64,000 bases of DNA from Candidatus Latescibacterota bacterium (GCA_965221775.1 CBDCSU010000006.1:2016001-2080000), one strand, 5' to 3'; counted from the stretch's first letter, positions 18,284 through 28,003 are shown. Made by a program: numbers and translations. The notes: generated by a model from the letters alone, not told the origin.

Positions 18284-19474
18284 TCAGGCTCCGGTGGCTG
18301 TGGAGGACAGGGGCTCGGTGCCCTCGTCGAGCACGGCGAGGTACTCGCGGTAGACGAAGACCCTGTTGCGGCGGCCGCCGGTAACCTCCGTGGCGATGTC
18401 GAGGTCGCACAGCCGCTGAAGCCCGGTCCCGACCGTGGGGGCCGAGAGGCCCGTGCGCTCGACGACCCGCGCCACGTTGACGACGACCAGTTCGGCGAGA
18501 GCCTCGTGGATCCGGAGCGCCGAGTTCGCGCCCCGGCCGCTGGCGGCGATTCTCGATCGATCGCCCGAGGCCATGCTCAGCAGGCGCTGGGCGGTCTCGC
18601 GGGCGGAGGTGGCTACCGCGGCGACTCCCTCGAGAAAGAACTCGAGCCAGGACTCCCAGTCGCCGGTGCGCCGGACGGTGCCGAGCAGGTCGTAGTAGCG
18701 GTCGCGGTGCTTCTTGAAGTACAGGCTGAGATACAACACGGGCGACGAGAGCAGCCCGCGGTCGATCAGCATGAGGATGATCAGCATCCTTCCGGTGCGG
18801 CCGTTGCCGTCCATGAAGGGATGGATGGTCTCGAACTGGACGTGCGCCAGGCCGGCGCGCACCAGCGCCGGCAGACCGTCATCCACAGCGTGGACGAAGC
18901 GTTCCAGGTCGGACATGGCCGCGGCCGCCTCTGCCGGAGGGGGCGGGACGAAGGCGGCGTTCCCCGGCCGAGTCCCGCCGATCCAGTTCTGGGAGCGGCG
19001 GAACTCGCCCGGCCGCATGTGGCCGCCGCGGGCATCGGTGAGAAGGATCTGGTGCGCCTCGCGCAGCAGGCGGTTGCACAAGGGCAAGCCATCCTGGCCG
19101 GCGAGCCGGGTGGTGGCGTGGTCGACGGCCGCCACGTAGCGGGACACCTCGCGAAGATCGTCGAGGGGTGCACCCGGAGAACGGGCGGACTCGAAGCGCA
19201 GGAGGTCGGACAGGGAGGACTGCGTACCCTCGATCTGGGAGGACAGGACGGCTTCCTTGCGCACGTAGCTGTAGATGAACAGACCAGGGTCGGGCAGGAG
19301 GGAGGCCGCACCGTCCAGCCGCCCGAGGGCATGGGTCGCCTCCTCGAGGAGCACCTGCAGAGGCCCCGTCATCCGGAGGGGCGGCTCGGGCGGCAACGGC
19401 CGGGGAACGAAGGCTCGCACCTCTTCGTCGCCATGGGATGTGACCAGGTAGTCCCCGGTCGGACCGCGGTTCAT
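18284..19474 (-). CDS. Fic family protein with C-terminal HTH
   Basis: EAVLSSQIEG; canonical HPFMDGNGRTGR; winged-HTH-like C-terminus. Confidence 0.92.
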   Translation of the reverse strand: MNRGPTGDYLVTSHGDEEVRAFVPRPLPPEPPLRMTGPLQVLLEEATHALGRLDGAASLLPDPGLFIYSYVRKEAVLSSQIEGTQSSLSDLLRFESARSPGAPLDDLREVSRYVAAVDHATTRLAGQDGLPLCNRLLREAHQILLTDARGGHMRPGEFRRSQNWIGGTRPGNAAFVPPPPAEAAAAMSDLERFVHAVDDGLPALVRAGLAHVQFETIHPFMDGNGRTGRMLIILMLIDRGLLSSPVLYLSLYFKKHRDRYYDLLGTVRRTGDWESWLEFFLEGVAAVATSARETAQRLLSMASGDRSRIAASGRGANSALRIHEALAELVVVNVARVVERTGLSAPTVGTGLQRLCDLDIATEVTGGRRNRVFVYREYLAVLDEGTEPLSSTATGA

Positions 19475-19552
19475 GTGTTCCTCGACGGGCGGTCAGGCTC
19501 CGTGTGACGTGGGCCGCCCTTGTGAAAGGTTCTTGCGTTCCATGCCACTCAA

Positions 19553-19577
19553 TGTAAATTCAAAGCGCAAATTTACA
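19553..19577. promoter_or_regulatory. AT-rich inverted repeat in divergent promoter region
   Basis: TGTAAATT-N9-AATTTACA between fic and the DUF6029-like gene. Confidence 0.45.
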
Positions 19578-19622
19578 CAAGGCCACCGCCAAGTAAACTA
19601 ATCTTCGTCGACGAGAGATCAG

Positions 19623-21173
19623 ATGACTCTGCCTCGTGGCGTCACCCTTCGCCTGCTCGCCCTGCTGGCCAGCACCATGCCTGCGGCCGGCCCCCTCGAC
19701 GCCCAGCTGCGGCTGACCGCTCACCACGAGTACCAGTTCGGCAACCTTCCCGACGCTGAACCGGCCGACCTGCGGGCCCTGTACCAACAGGTGAACCTCG
19801 GCTTCGAGTCCGCGGGATTCCTGGCCAGCGCCCGCAGCGAGGCCTTCCGCTCCAGCGGCGAGGACCGCGACTACCTCCATCTCGCCCAGCGGTCGCTGTC
19901 GTACCGGCACGGCGGCCTGGAGGCCACGGCCGGGCACTTCTACGCCCTCGTGGGCCGCGGTGTGCTGCTGCACGCCTTCGAGCTTCCCGGCGTCATCACC
20001 GAGGACCGCGTCTCCCGCCGGCGTTACCAGATCGTCCGCGACCTCGACGGCGCGCGGGTGAGCGGCCGGTGGCGGCAGGTGGAGGTGCTGGCCCTGCACG
20101 GCGTGCCCGTGAACAGCGAGCTGGCCCCCGGGCTGAAGGGTCTCGACCGGCGCCAGGGCCGGGTCTCCGGGGGGGCCGTCCGGGCCAGGGTGAGCCGTGA
20201 GATCGCGGTCGGGGCGGGACTGATCGAGTTCTCCTTCGGCGGGGAGGAGGAGCTCGGCGCCACCACCCACGGGGAGCTGCGCTTCGGATCCCTCCTCGAG
20301 AGGCTTGGACTGGGCGGCTGGTACGGGGATCTCTACGGCGAGTACGCCCAGATCGACCCGGCCCCGGACCGCTGGCTGTCGCTGGACCGCGACCGTTCGC
20401 GGGCCCTTTACCTGGCCGGCACCCTGACGGGCGGGGCCTGGGGCCTGAGCCTGGAGCTGAAGGACTACGACGACTTCGCCTTCCCGAGCCTCAACAACCC
20501 GCCGACGCTGATCCGGGAGCACGAGGCCTTCCTCCTCAACCGGGAGACCCACGCCCTGCTCGCCGACGACGAGACCGGGGTGCAGGCCGAGCTGACCTGG
20601 GCCCTGCCCCGCGACATCGGACTGACCGCCGCCTGGAACCTGGCCACCCGCCGGGGACCGGACCCGGGGGACGAGAAGTCCCTGCGCGAGTACTTCGTGC
20701 AGCTGGACTCCCCGGTGGGCGAGGCATTCCACGGGCAGCTGTTCCTCGATTACACGCGCAACCGCATCCTCGAGAACGAGCGCCGCCTGACCGCGGGCAC
20801 GCGCTGGGACTGGTCCGCCGGCGGACGCCACGCCGCCAGCGCCGACCTGCAGGTGCAGGACGTGGACCGGCGCTTCGGCCGCAGCGAGTTCCCCTACGAG
20901 AACCTGCTGGGAACGGTGGAGCTCAGCCGCTATCCGGCCTGGACCTGGTCCCTGCAACTGCAGAGGTCGAACGATCCCCTGGAGGCAGGGGCCTCGGAGT
21001 CGGGAGCGACGTACTGGTGGGCCCTCGGCGCCAGCTGGCGGTTCCGCGACGCCCACACGCTGGACGTCTTCGGGGGCCGGCGCAGGACGGGGCTGGCCTG
21101 CACCGGGGGCAGCTGCTACGAGGTGCTGGGCTTCGAAGGCATCGAGCTGCGCCTCACCAGCGAGGTGCTGTAG
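19623..21173 (+). CDS. DUF6029-like outer-membrane beta-barrel protein with C-terminal Cys pair
   Basis: Signal peptide; GHFYALVGRGVLL, KDY...NNPP, and C-terminal GRRRTGLACTGGSCYEV..FEG, recalled as DUF6029 motifs. Confidence 0.65.
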   Translation: MTLPRGVTLRLLALLASTMPAAGPLDAQLRLTAHHEYQFGNLPDAEPADLRALYQQVNLGFESAGFLASARSEAFRSSGEDRDYLHLAQRSLSYRHGGLEATAGHFYALVGRGVLLHAFELPGVITEDRVSRRRYQIVRDLDGARVSGRWRQVEVLALHGVPVNSELAPGLKGLDRRQGRVSGGAVRARVSREIAVGAGLIEFSFGGEEELGATTHGELRFGSLLERLGLGGWYGDLYGEYAQIDPAPDRWLSLDRDRSRALYLAGTLTGGAWGLSLELKDYDDFAFPSLNNPPTLIREHEAFLLNRETHALLADDETGVQAELTWALPRDIGLTAAWNLATRRGPDPGDEKSLREYFVQLDSPVGEAFHGQLFLDYTRNRILENERRLTAGTRWDWSAGGRHAASADLQVQDVDRRFGRSEFPYENLLGTVELSRYPAWTWSLQLQRSNDPLEAGASESGATYWWALGASWRFRDAHTLDVFGGRRRTGLACTGGSCYEVLGFEGIELRLTSEVL

Positions 21174-21196
21174 GGGCAGGGAGCCAGCCGCGCCCC

Positions 21197-22084
21197 TTAC
21201 TTCAGCAGAGTGACCTTGCGGGCGATGGCCGCGCCCCCTTGGCGCGCGGAAGCGATGTAAACGCCGGAGGCGACCGCTTCACCGCCTTCGTCGCGCCCGT
21301 CCCAGGTCAGGGAGTGCGTCCCCGCCGCGTAGTGTCCGGACCAGGCGCGCACTACCTGCCCCCGCAGATCGAATACGGTCAGGGCCACGGGACCTGCCGT
21401 GGTCACCGTGAAGGAGAGGGTGGTCTCGGCGTTGAAGGGATTCGGCCAGGCCTCCAGGGCGAAGCCGGCGGGCACCCGGGGGGCGGCTCCCACCGCCGTG
21501 CCGATCTCCTCCTCTTCCTCTTCGACCTCCTCCAGGGCGGCGGCCAGATCGGCCAGGGCGGTGTCGATGGCCTCGCGGATCTCGCCATCGTTGTAGCGCT
21601 GGCCGAGCCTGGCGTCGGGCGACCGGTAGCGGACCACGCCCTCGTGATCGATGACGAAGTAGTAGTCCTGGACCACGCCGTAGTCCCGGGCCACCCCGGA
21701 ACCGTTGACCAGTATCGGGTAGGTCGCCAGACCGTCGTCTACCCAGATCGACTTGACGCTCGATGCCCGTCCGTCCCAGATATCGATTCCGAGGGCGATG
21801 AGCTGATCGCCCCCGTAGTCCTGCCAGACTGCCTCGGAACTCGCGGCCTCCGCGACGCAGTACGGTCAGGTGTTCCCGAGGAAGTTGATGTAGACGACCT
21901 TCTCGCCGAGGAAGTCGCCCAGCGACACGAGCTCTCCGTCCACGGTCTCGAGCTCGAAGGTGGGGGCCGTGTCGCCGGCCGCCGCCTGGGCCTCGGCCTC
22001 CCCGGCTCCGGCCACGTGAAGAGCGGTGAGGGCGATCGCCGCGCAGGCGAACGGTCCCTTCCGCAGGACGCTTCTAGCTCTCAT
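21197..22084 (-). CDS. Predicted selenoprotein: exported TlpA/AhpC-TSA-like redoxin (UxxC) fused to C-terminal FlgD/T9SS-A-like domain, 295 aa
   Basis: ATG 22084 with RBS; signal peptide; GDTAPTFEL...GEKVVYINFLGNT-TGA(21866-21868)-PYC, then the frame stays open through TYPIL...YFVIDHEGVVRY, an acidic linker and PNPFN...WDGRDE...ASGVY...KVTLLK. Confidence 0.85.
21828..21861 (-). promoter_or_regulatory. Candidate bacterial SECIS hairpin
   Basis: mRNA after UGA reads CCGU-ACUGC-G-UCGCG-GAGGC-CGCGA-GUUCCGAG-GCAGU: lower stem ACUGC/GCAGU, upper stem UCGCG/CGCGA, G-starting apical loop about 16 nt after UGA. Confidence 0.6.
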
Positions 22085-22640
22085 CGGCTTCCCCTTTCGT
22101 CGAATCCGGAACGGCCTCACCCAGCAGCTCCACCAGCCTGGCGCGCAGGCGGATCTCGTCTCCCGGCTTGTACCCGAAGTGCTTGTACACCACCTCGCCC
22201 TCCGTGGAGAGGATCAGCGACGCCGGCACCGCGGGCAGCTGGAACTGCTTCATCACCTGCCGCGAGTGATCGAGGAGGACCGGCAGCTCCAGGCGGTGGC
22301 GCTTGAGGAAGGGCCTCACCTTGGGCTGATTGCGAGGACCGTCGACATTGACGGCGTAGACCCCCACTCCGCGGTCCTCGAACTCCCTGGCGATCTTCTG
22401 CACCGCGGGCAGCCCCTTGATGCAGGGCTTGCACCAGGTGGCCCAGAAATCGAGGATCACCGGCCCCTCTTCCAGCGCCTTCTGCAGTGAGAACTCCTTG
22501 CCGTCGAGGGACGGCAGGGTGAACTGGGACTTGGCCGCCGCCGCGGCAGGCGCCGGAGGAAGGAGCACGAGGCCGAAGGCCGGCAGGATCAGCGCCATTC
22601 GGGCCATGGCCGCGAGGGCCTTGCGGTTGCTCCTGCTCAT
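22074..22640 (-). CDS. TlpA/ResA-family thiol-disulfide oxidoreductase, exported
   Basis: Signal peptide; LDFWATWCKPC; cis-Pro loop AVP; its stop overlaps the selenoprotein start. Confidence 0.92.
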   Translation of the reverse strand: MSRSNRKALAAMARMALILPAFGLVLLPPAPAAAAAKSQFTLPSLDGKEFSLQKALEEGPVILDFWATWCKPCIKGLPAVQKIAREFEDRGVGVYAVNVDGPRNQPKVRPFLKRHRLELPVLLDHSRQVMKQFQLPAVPASLILSTEGEVVYKHFGYKPGDEIRLRARLVELLGEAVPDSTKGEADES

Positions 22641-22665
22641 CTTCTCATCCTCCCCGGCTTCTACC

Positions 22666-23904
22666 TTATTGCCGCGGCGTCGATGCGTGCAAGGCGGCCG
22701 CGAAGTCCGACCCCGCCGGCTCCTGGTAGACGCGCAGCCCGAAGCGCGGCACCACCGCCAGCAGATGGTCGAATATGTCGGACTGGATCCCCTCGTAATC
22801 GGCCCACACCGTGGTGTTGGTGAAGACGTAGATCTCCAGGGGCAGGCCCTGGGCCGCCGGCGCCAGCTGGCGGATCAGGAAGGTCATGTCCTGGCGGATT
22901 CGGGGGTGGCTGCGCAGGTAGGCGGCCACGTAGGCCCGGAAGGTGCCCACGTTGGTCAGGCGCCGGCCGTTGACCAGCTCCGAGGCGTCGACCCGCGATT
23001 CGGCGTTGTGTTCCTCCACTTCCTTCTGACGGGAGTCCAGGTAGTCGCGGATCAGCTCGAAGCGCTCGAAGCGCTGCAGCATCTCGGCGTCGCAGAACCG
23101 GATCGAGTTCATGTCGATGTGGATGGCGCGCTTGATCCGGCGGCCGCCGCTGTCCTGCATGCCGCGCCAGTTCTTGAAGGAGACGTCCACCAGCTTGTGG
23201 GTGGGAATGGTGGTGATCGTCTTGTCCCAGTTCTGCACCTTCACCGTGTGCAGGGCGATGTCGATGACGTCGCCGTCGGCTCCGAAAGTGGGGACCTCGA
23301 TCCAGTCGCCCACCTTGACGAGCCGGTTGGAGGCGATGGTGAAGCTGGCCGTCAGCGACAGGAGGGTGTCGCGGAAGACTAGGATGACCACGGCCATGAC
23401 CGCGCCGACCCCCGAGAGCAGCACCCAGGGCGAGCGCCCCGTCAGGACCGCCACCGTCATCAGGCCGCCGATGACGTAGAGGACGATCTTGAAGATCTGG
23501 GCGTAACTCTTGATCGGAACTTCGGTGCGCGCGTCGTAGTCGGCCGTCGCCTCCTGCAGGGCGCCGACCGCGGCCCCCGCCACGAGCAGGACCACCATGA
23601 GCAGCGCGGCGTTCACCACCTGCAGGGCCGTCTCCGTCGAGCCCGGCAAACCCTCGGCGCCGTAGTAGAAGACGAGCACCGGCAGCAGCAGGGCGGCGCG
23701 GTTGAGGACGCCCTGGTGCAGCAGCACGTCGTCGAGCTTGGTGCTGCTCGCCTGGATCAGGTGGGACATGGCGCGCAGCAGCACCCTGCGGGCCAGGAGG
23801 TGGGCCACCCAGGCGACCAGGAAGAGACCGGCGGTGTAGGTCGCCTGGCCCTTCAGGGGATGCTCGGCGAACCACAGCGTCAGGGCCTCGATGAACTCGG
23901 GCAT
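22666..23904 (-). CDS. MscS-family mechanosensitive channel (YbdG-like)
   Basis: VGDWIEVP, ADGDVIDI, VQNWDKTITTIPT, NWRGM..SGGRRIKR, LTNVGTFRAY, IQSDIFDH. Confidence 0.92.
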   Translation of the reverse strand: MPEFIEALTLWFAEHPLKGQATYTAGLFLVAWVAHLLARRVLLRAMSHLIQASSTKLDDVLLHQGVLNRAALLLPVLVFYYGAEGLPGSTETALQVVNAALLMVVLLVAGAAVGALQEATADYDARTEVPIKSYAQIFKIVLYVIGGLMTVAVLTGRSPWVLLSGVGAVMAVVILVFRDTLLSLTASFTIASNRLVKVGDWIEVPTFGADGDVIDIALHTVKVQNWDKTITTIPTHKLVDVSFKNWRGMQDSGGRRIKRAIHIDMNSIRFCDAEMLQRFERFELIRDYLDSRQKEVEEHNAESRVDASELVNGRRLTNVGTFRAYVAAYLRSHPRIRQDMTFLIRQLAPAAQGLPLEIYVFTNTTVWADYEGIQSDIFDHLLAVVPRFGLRVYQEPAGSDFAAALHASTPRQ

Positions 23905-23966
23905 GCCCGAAAGGTACGAAGGCCCCGCCTTTCCCACCGTTTCCGCCGAGCCCGTACCTTCATCGC

Positions 23967-26900
23967 ATGAGCACCGCCGCCCCGCCCGACGTCAGACTCG
24001 TCGACCTCGAGAGCAGCCTCGACGGCTGCATGATGTCGGACCGCGTGCGCCTCGGCCGCCGGCTCCGCCGCCTGCGCGAAGCCCTGTCCAGCGGCCGGCC
24101 GCCCCGGCGCCTGGTGCAGGACCTCGACCACATCGCCGAGCGCGCCCGCCGCTCGCGGCGGACCCGCGCCCTGCGCCGGCAGGCCCTGGAGGCGATGGAC
24201 ATCAGCTTCCCGGCGGAGCTGCCGGTGAGCCAGCGCGCCGACGAGATCCAGGCCGCCGTCCGCGAGCATCCCGTGGTCATCGTCGCCGGGGACACCGGCT
24301 CGGGCAAGACCACCCAGATCCCCAAGATCTGCCTCCTCGCCGGCCGCGGGAGAGACGCCCGCATCGCCGTGACCCAGCCCCGCCGGGTGGCGGCCACCTC
24401 GCTGTCGCGGCGGCTGGCCGAGGAGCTGGGCGTCGAGTGGGGGCGGCAGGTGGGCGCCAGGATCCGCTTCCAGGACCGGACCTCGCCGGAGACGCTGATC
24501 AAGTTCGTCACCGACGGTCTGCTGCTGGCCGAGGTCCGCTCCGACCGCGACCTGCTGGAGTACGACACCCTGATCATCGACGAGGCCCACGAGCGCTCCC
24601 TGAACATCGACTTCCTCCTGGGGTACGTGCGCACCCTGCGGGCCCGCCGCCCCGACCTGCGGATCGTCGTCACCTCGGCCACCATCGACACCGGGAGGTT
24701 CTCCCGCGCCTTCGGCGGCGCGCCGGTCGTCCAGGTGTCGGGGCGCGTCTACCCGGTCGAAGTGCGGCACTGGCCCCTGGAGGAGCTGCTGGAGGGGGAG
24801 GAGGGCGGGTTCTCGTACACGGATGGCGCGGTGGCCGCCTGCGAGCGGCTGCTGGCCGCGTCCACCCGCGGCGACGTGCTCGTCTTCATGCCGTCGGAGC
24901 GCGACATCCGCGAGACCCGCGACCTGCTGGGCGCCAGGCTGCGGGAGCGGCGGCAGGGCCCGGGCGGCGTGGAGGTCCTGCCCCTGTTCTCGCGCCTGAG
25001 CGCCGCCGAGCAGCAGCGCGTCTTCGGACCCCACTCGGGGCGGCGCATCGTCATCGCCACCAACATCGCCGAGACCTCCCTCACCATCCCGGGGATCCGC
25101 TACGTGGTGGACACCGGCCTGGCGCGGATCTCGCGCTACAACCCGCGCAGTCAGACCCAGCGGCTGCCGATCGAGGAGATCAGCCGCTCCTCGGCGGAGC
25201 AGCGCAAGGGCCGCTGCGGCCGCGTCGAGGACGGGACCTGCGTGCGCCTCTACGGCGAGGAGGACCTGCTGGCGCGGCCGGAGCACACCCAGCCGGAGAT
25301 GCAGCGCGCCAACCTCGCCGAGGTGATCCTGCGGATGCTGGACCTGGAGCTGGGACGGGTGGAGACCTTCCCCTTCCTCGACCCGCCCTCCGAGGCCGCG
25401 GTCCGCGCCGGCTACCAGTTGCTCGAGGAGCTCGGGGCCATCGACGAGAACCGCCGCCTCACCTCCCTGGGGCGGGACATGGCGCGCATGCCGATCTCGC
25501 CGGCGGTGTCGCGCATGGTCCTGCAGGCGCGCGCCGAGGGCTCCCTGGCGGAGGTCCTCGTCATCGCCGCCGCCATCTCCGTGCAGGACCCGCGCGAGCG
25601 CCCGGCCGAGGAGGAGGAGAAGGCCGATCTGGCCCACCGGCGCTTCGTCCACCCGCGCTCCGACTTCCTCACCCTGCTCAACATCTGGGCCGCCTTCCAC
25701 GACCGGCTGGAGGAGGGCACGCAGTCGCAGCTGCGCAGGTTCTGCCGGAAGCACTACCTCTCCTACCTGCGCATGCGCGAGTGGCGGGACATCCACGCCC
25801 AGTTGCGCGCCAACCTGCGGGAGCTGGGCGGCTTCCGGCTCGAGGAGGACGCCTCCGGGGGGGAGGCGGCGTACGACGCCGTGCACCGCTGCCTGCTCAC
25901 CGGGCTGCTGAGCCACGTGGGGCGGCGCGAGGACCGCAACCACTACGCGGCGCCCCGCGGCCGGAAGGCGATGCTCTTCCCCGGCTCGGGGCTGTTCCAG
26001 CGCACCGAGCCGAGGAAGCGCCGGGAGCCGGCGGCGGCGGCGACGGCGGATGCGCGGGACGGGGCCCCCGCGGCCGAGGGGGCGGAGTGGGTGGTGGCCG
26101 CGGAGATGGTGGAGACCAACCGCCTCTACGCGCGCACCTGCGCCGCCATCCGGCCGGAGTGGATCCTGGACCTGGGGAAGCACCTGTGCCGCTCGAGCCA
26201 CCGGGACCCCCACTGGAGCCGGTCCTCCGGACGCGTCCTCGCCCACGAGACCATCCGCCTCCACGGGCTCGTGGTCTCCGAGGGCCGCGTCGGCTACGGC
26301 CGCATCGCCCCGCGGGAGGCGCGCGACATCTTCGTGCGCGAAGGCCTGATCGCCGGCGAGATCGACGGCGCCGCCCAGCGCTTCCTCGACCACAACCGCC
26401 GCCTGCACCAGCGCCTCGAGGTCTGGCAGAGCCGCCGGCGCGGCGGATCTCCCGTCGACCTCGACGACGCCTTCCACGACTTCTACGCCGGGGTGCTGCC
26501 GGAGGGCACGGCCTCGGTCCACGACCTGAACTGCGTCATCGGCGACCACGGGGGCCGCGACGACTTCCTCCTCGCCGACGAGGCCCGGCTGCTCGGCGGC
26601 GCCGCCGGCGTCGACGCCGAGGCGTTCCCCGAATCCGTCGACATCGGAGGGGTGCAGCTCGGGCTCTCCTACAAGTACGCGCCTGGCCACGAGGCCGACG
26701 GCATCACCCTGCAACTGCCCTACCGGCTGGTGGACGCGGTGCGCCCGGAGGTCCTCGACTGGCTGGTTCCGGGGCTGGTCGAAGAGCGGGTCACGGCGCT
26801 GCTGAGGTCGCTGCCCAAGGCCGTGCGCAAGCGCTTCGTGCCGGTGCCGGCCACGGCCCGCCGGATCGCCGCCGACCTGAAGCCCACCCACGGGGACGGC

Positions 26901-27986
26901 ACCTTTCTCGACGCCCTGGAGAGCTACATCGAGGAGCACTGGCGGGTGCAGGTGCGCCGCGCCGACTGGGACCTGGAGCAGGTGCCGGAGCACCTGCGTC
27001 TGCGCGTGGAGATCGAGGGCGAGGGCGCCACCCTGGCCGCCGGACGGGACCTGGCGGCGCTGTCGGGACAACTCGACCGGCCGGCCGGTACCGGGGCCGT
27101 CAACCTCGAGGCCTGGGGGGAGGCCGCCCGCCGCTGGGAGCGCGAGGACGTGACCGGCTTCGACTTCGGGGACCTGCCCGAGCGCCTGGAGGTGACCCGC
27201 GTCTCGGGGGTGCCCGTCTTCGCCTTCCCGGGGCTGGCGCTGGAGGAAAACGCCGTTCACGTGCGCCTCTTCCCCGACCGCGGGGAGGCCCGCGCCGCCA
27301 CCCCGGCGGGTCTCCAGCGGCTGTGCGAGCTGGCCCTGAAGGACGAGACCGTCTGGCTGCAGCGGGAGCTGAAGGACTTGAGGTCCCTCGCCGGCGGCCG
27401 GCTGCCGGGGGACGCGGACGAGATCGAGCGCCAGGCGTACGAGCACCTGGCCCGCTATCTGTTCCTCGAAGGCGATCTCTTCCCCTTGACCCGGGAGCGC
27501 TTCGAGGCGCGGGTGGCCCGGTCCCGGGAGCGGCTGGAGGGGTTGTCGCGGCGCTTCCTCGACCTGATGGGGGAGATCCTGGAACTGAGGTCCAGGCTGA
27601 TCGCCCAGGCGAGGCCCTACCCCGGGCTGAAGGAGGACCTGCGGCGCCTGCTGCCGGCGGACTTCCTGGCGGGACTGGAGTTCGACCGCCTGCCGCACCT
27701 GGTGCGCTATCTCAAGGCGATGAGCGTGCGCGCCGACCGCTATCTCGCGGACTCGGGCAGGGACGCGGCCAAGGCGGCCCAGGTGGCGCCCTTCGCCAAG
27801 GCCTGGGAGCGGGTCCGGGACGGCCTGGCCGATGCTTCAGCGGAGCGGCGCCGGCGGGCCGAGGCGCTGCGCTGGCTGGTGGAGGAGTTCCGCGTCTCCG
27901 TCTTCGCCCAGGAGCTGGGCACGGCCGAGCGGGTCTCCGCGGCGCGGCTGGAGCGGGCGATCGAGGAGGTGGCGAAGGCGGACTGA
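23967..27986 (+). CDS. hrpA: ATP-dependent RNA helicase HrpA
   Basis: GDTGSGKTTQ, TQPRR, DEAHERS, SAT, QRKGRCGR; C-terminal WLVPG and EEFRVSVFAQELGT. Confidence 0.95.
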   Translation: MSTAAPPDVRLVDLESSLDGCMMSDRVRLGRRLRRLREALSSGRPPRRLVQDLDHIAERARRSRRTRALRRQALEAMDISFPAELPVSQRADEIQAAVREHPVVIVAGDTGSGKTTQIPKICLLAGRGRDARIAVTQPRRVAATSLSRRLAEELGVEWGRQVGARIRFQDRTSPETLIKFVTDGLLLAEVRSDRDLLEYDTLIIDEAHERSLNIDFLLGYVRTLRARRPDLRIVVTSATIDTGRFSRAFGGAPVVQVSGRVYPVEVRHWPLEELLEGEEGGFSYTDGAVAACERLLAASTRGDVLVFMPSERDIRETRDLLGARLRERRQGPGGVEVLPLFSRLSAAEQQRVFGPHSGRRIVIATNIAETSLTIPGIRYVVDTGLARISRYNPRSQTQRLPIEEISRSSAEQRKGRCGRVEDGTCVRLYGEEDLLARPEHTQPEMQRANLAEVILRMLDLELGRVETFPFLDPPSEAAVRAGYQLLEELGAIDENRRLTSLGRDMARMPISPAVSRMVLQARAEGSLAEVLVIAAAISVQDPRERPAEEEEKADLAHRRFVHPRSDFLTLLNIWAAFHDRLEEGTQSQLRRFCRKHYLSYLRMREWRDIHAQLRANLRELGGFRLEEDASGGEAAYDAVHRCLLTGLLSHVGRREDRNHYAAPRGRKAMLFPGSGLFQRTEPRKRREPAAAATADARDGAPAAEGAEWVVAAEMVETNRLYARTCAAIRPEWILDLGKHLCRSSHRDPHWSRSSGRVLAHETIRLHGLVVSEGRVGYGRIAPREARDIFVREGLIAGEIDGAAQRFLDHNRRLHQRLEVWQSRRRGGSPVDLDDAFHDFYAGVLPEGTASVHDLNCVIGDHGGRDDFLLADEARLLGGAAGVDAEAFPESVDIGGVQLGLSYKYAPGHEADGITLQLPYRLVDAVRPEVLDWLVPGLVEERVTALLRSLPKAVRKRFVPVPATARRIAADLKPTHGDGTFLDALESYIEEHWRVQVRRADWDLEQVPEHLRLRVEIEGEGATLAAGRDLAALSGQLDRPAGTGAVNLEAWGEAARRWEREDVTGFDFGDLPERLEVTRVSGVPVFAFPGLALEENAVHVRLFPDRGEARAATPAGLQRLCELALKDETVWLQRELKDLRSLAGGRLPGDADEIERQAYEHLARYLFLEGDLFPLTRERFEARVARSRERLEGLSRRFLDLMGEILELRSRLIAQARPYPGLKEDLRRLLPADFLAGLEFDRLPHLVRYLKAMSVRADRYLADSGRDAAKAAQVAPFAKAWERVRDGLADASAERRRRAEALRWLVEEFRVSVFAQELGTAERVSAARLERAIEEVAKAD

Positions 27987-28003
27987 CACCCTCGCCCCGT
28001 TCC

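Noticed and set aside
21866-21868. UGA as Trp or Gly (alternative genetic code)
   Set aside because: Many genes here end in TGA with ATGA/GTGA coupling, Trp is encoded by TGG, and the position aligns with a catalytic Cys.
22125-22135. CAGCTCCACCA matches the tRNA-Ala 3' end (possible attR)
   Set aside because: Only 11 bp, inside the tlpA coding sequence, plausible by chance, and no integrase is present.
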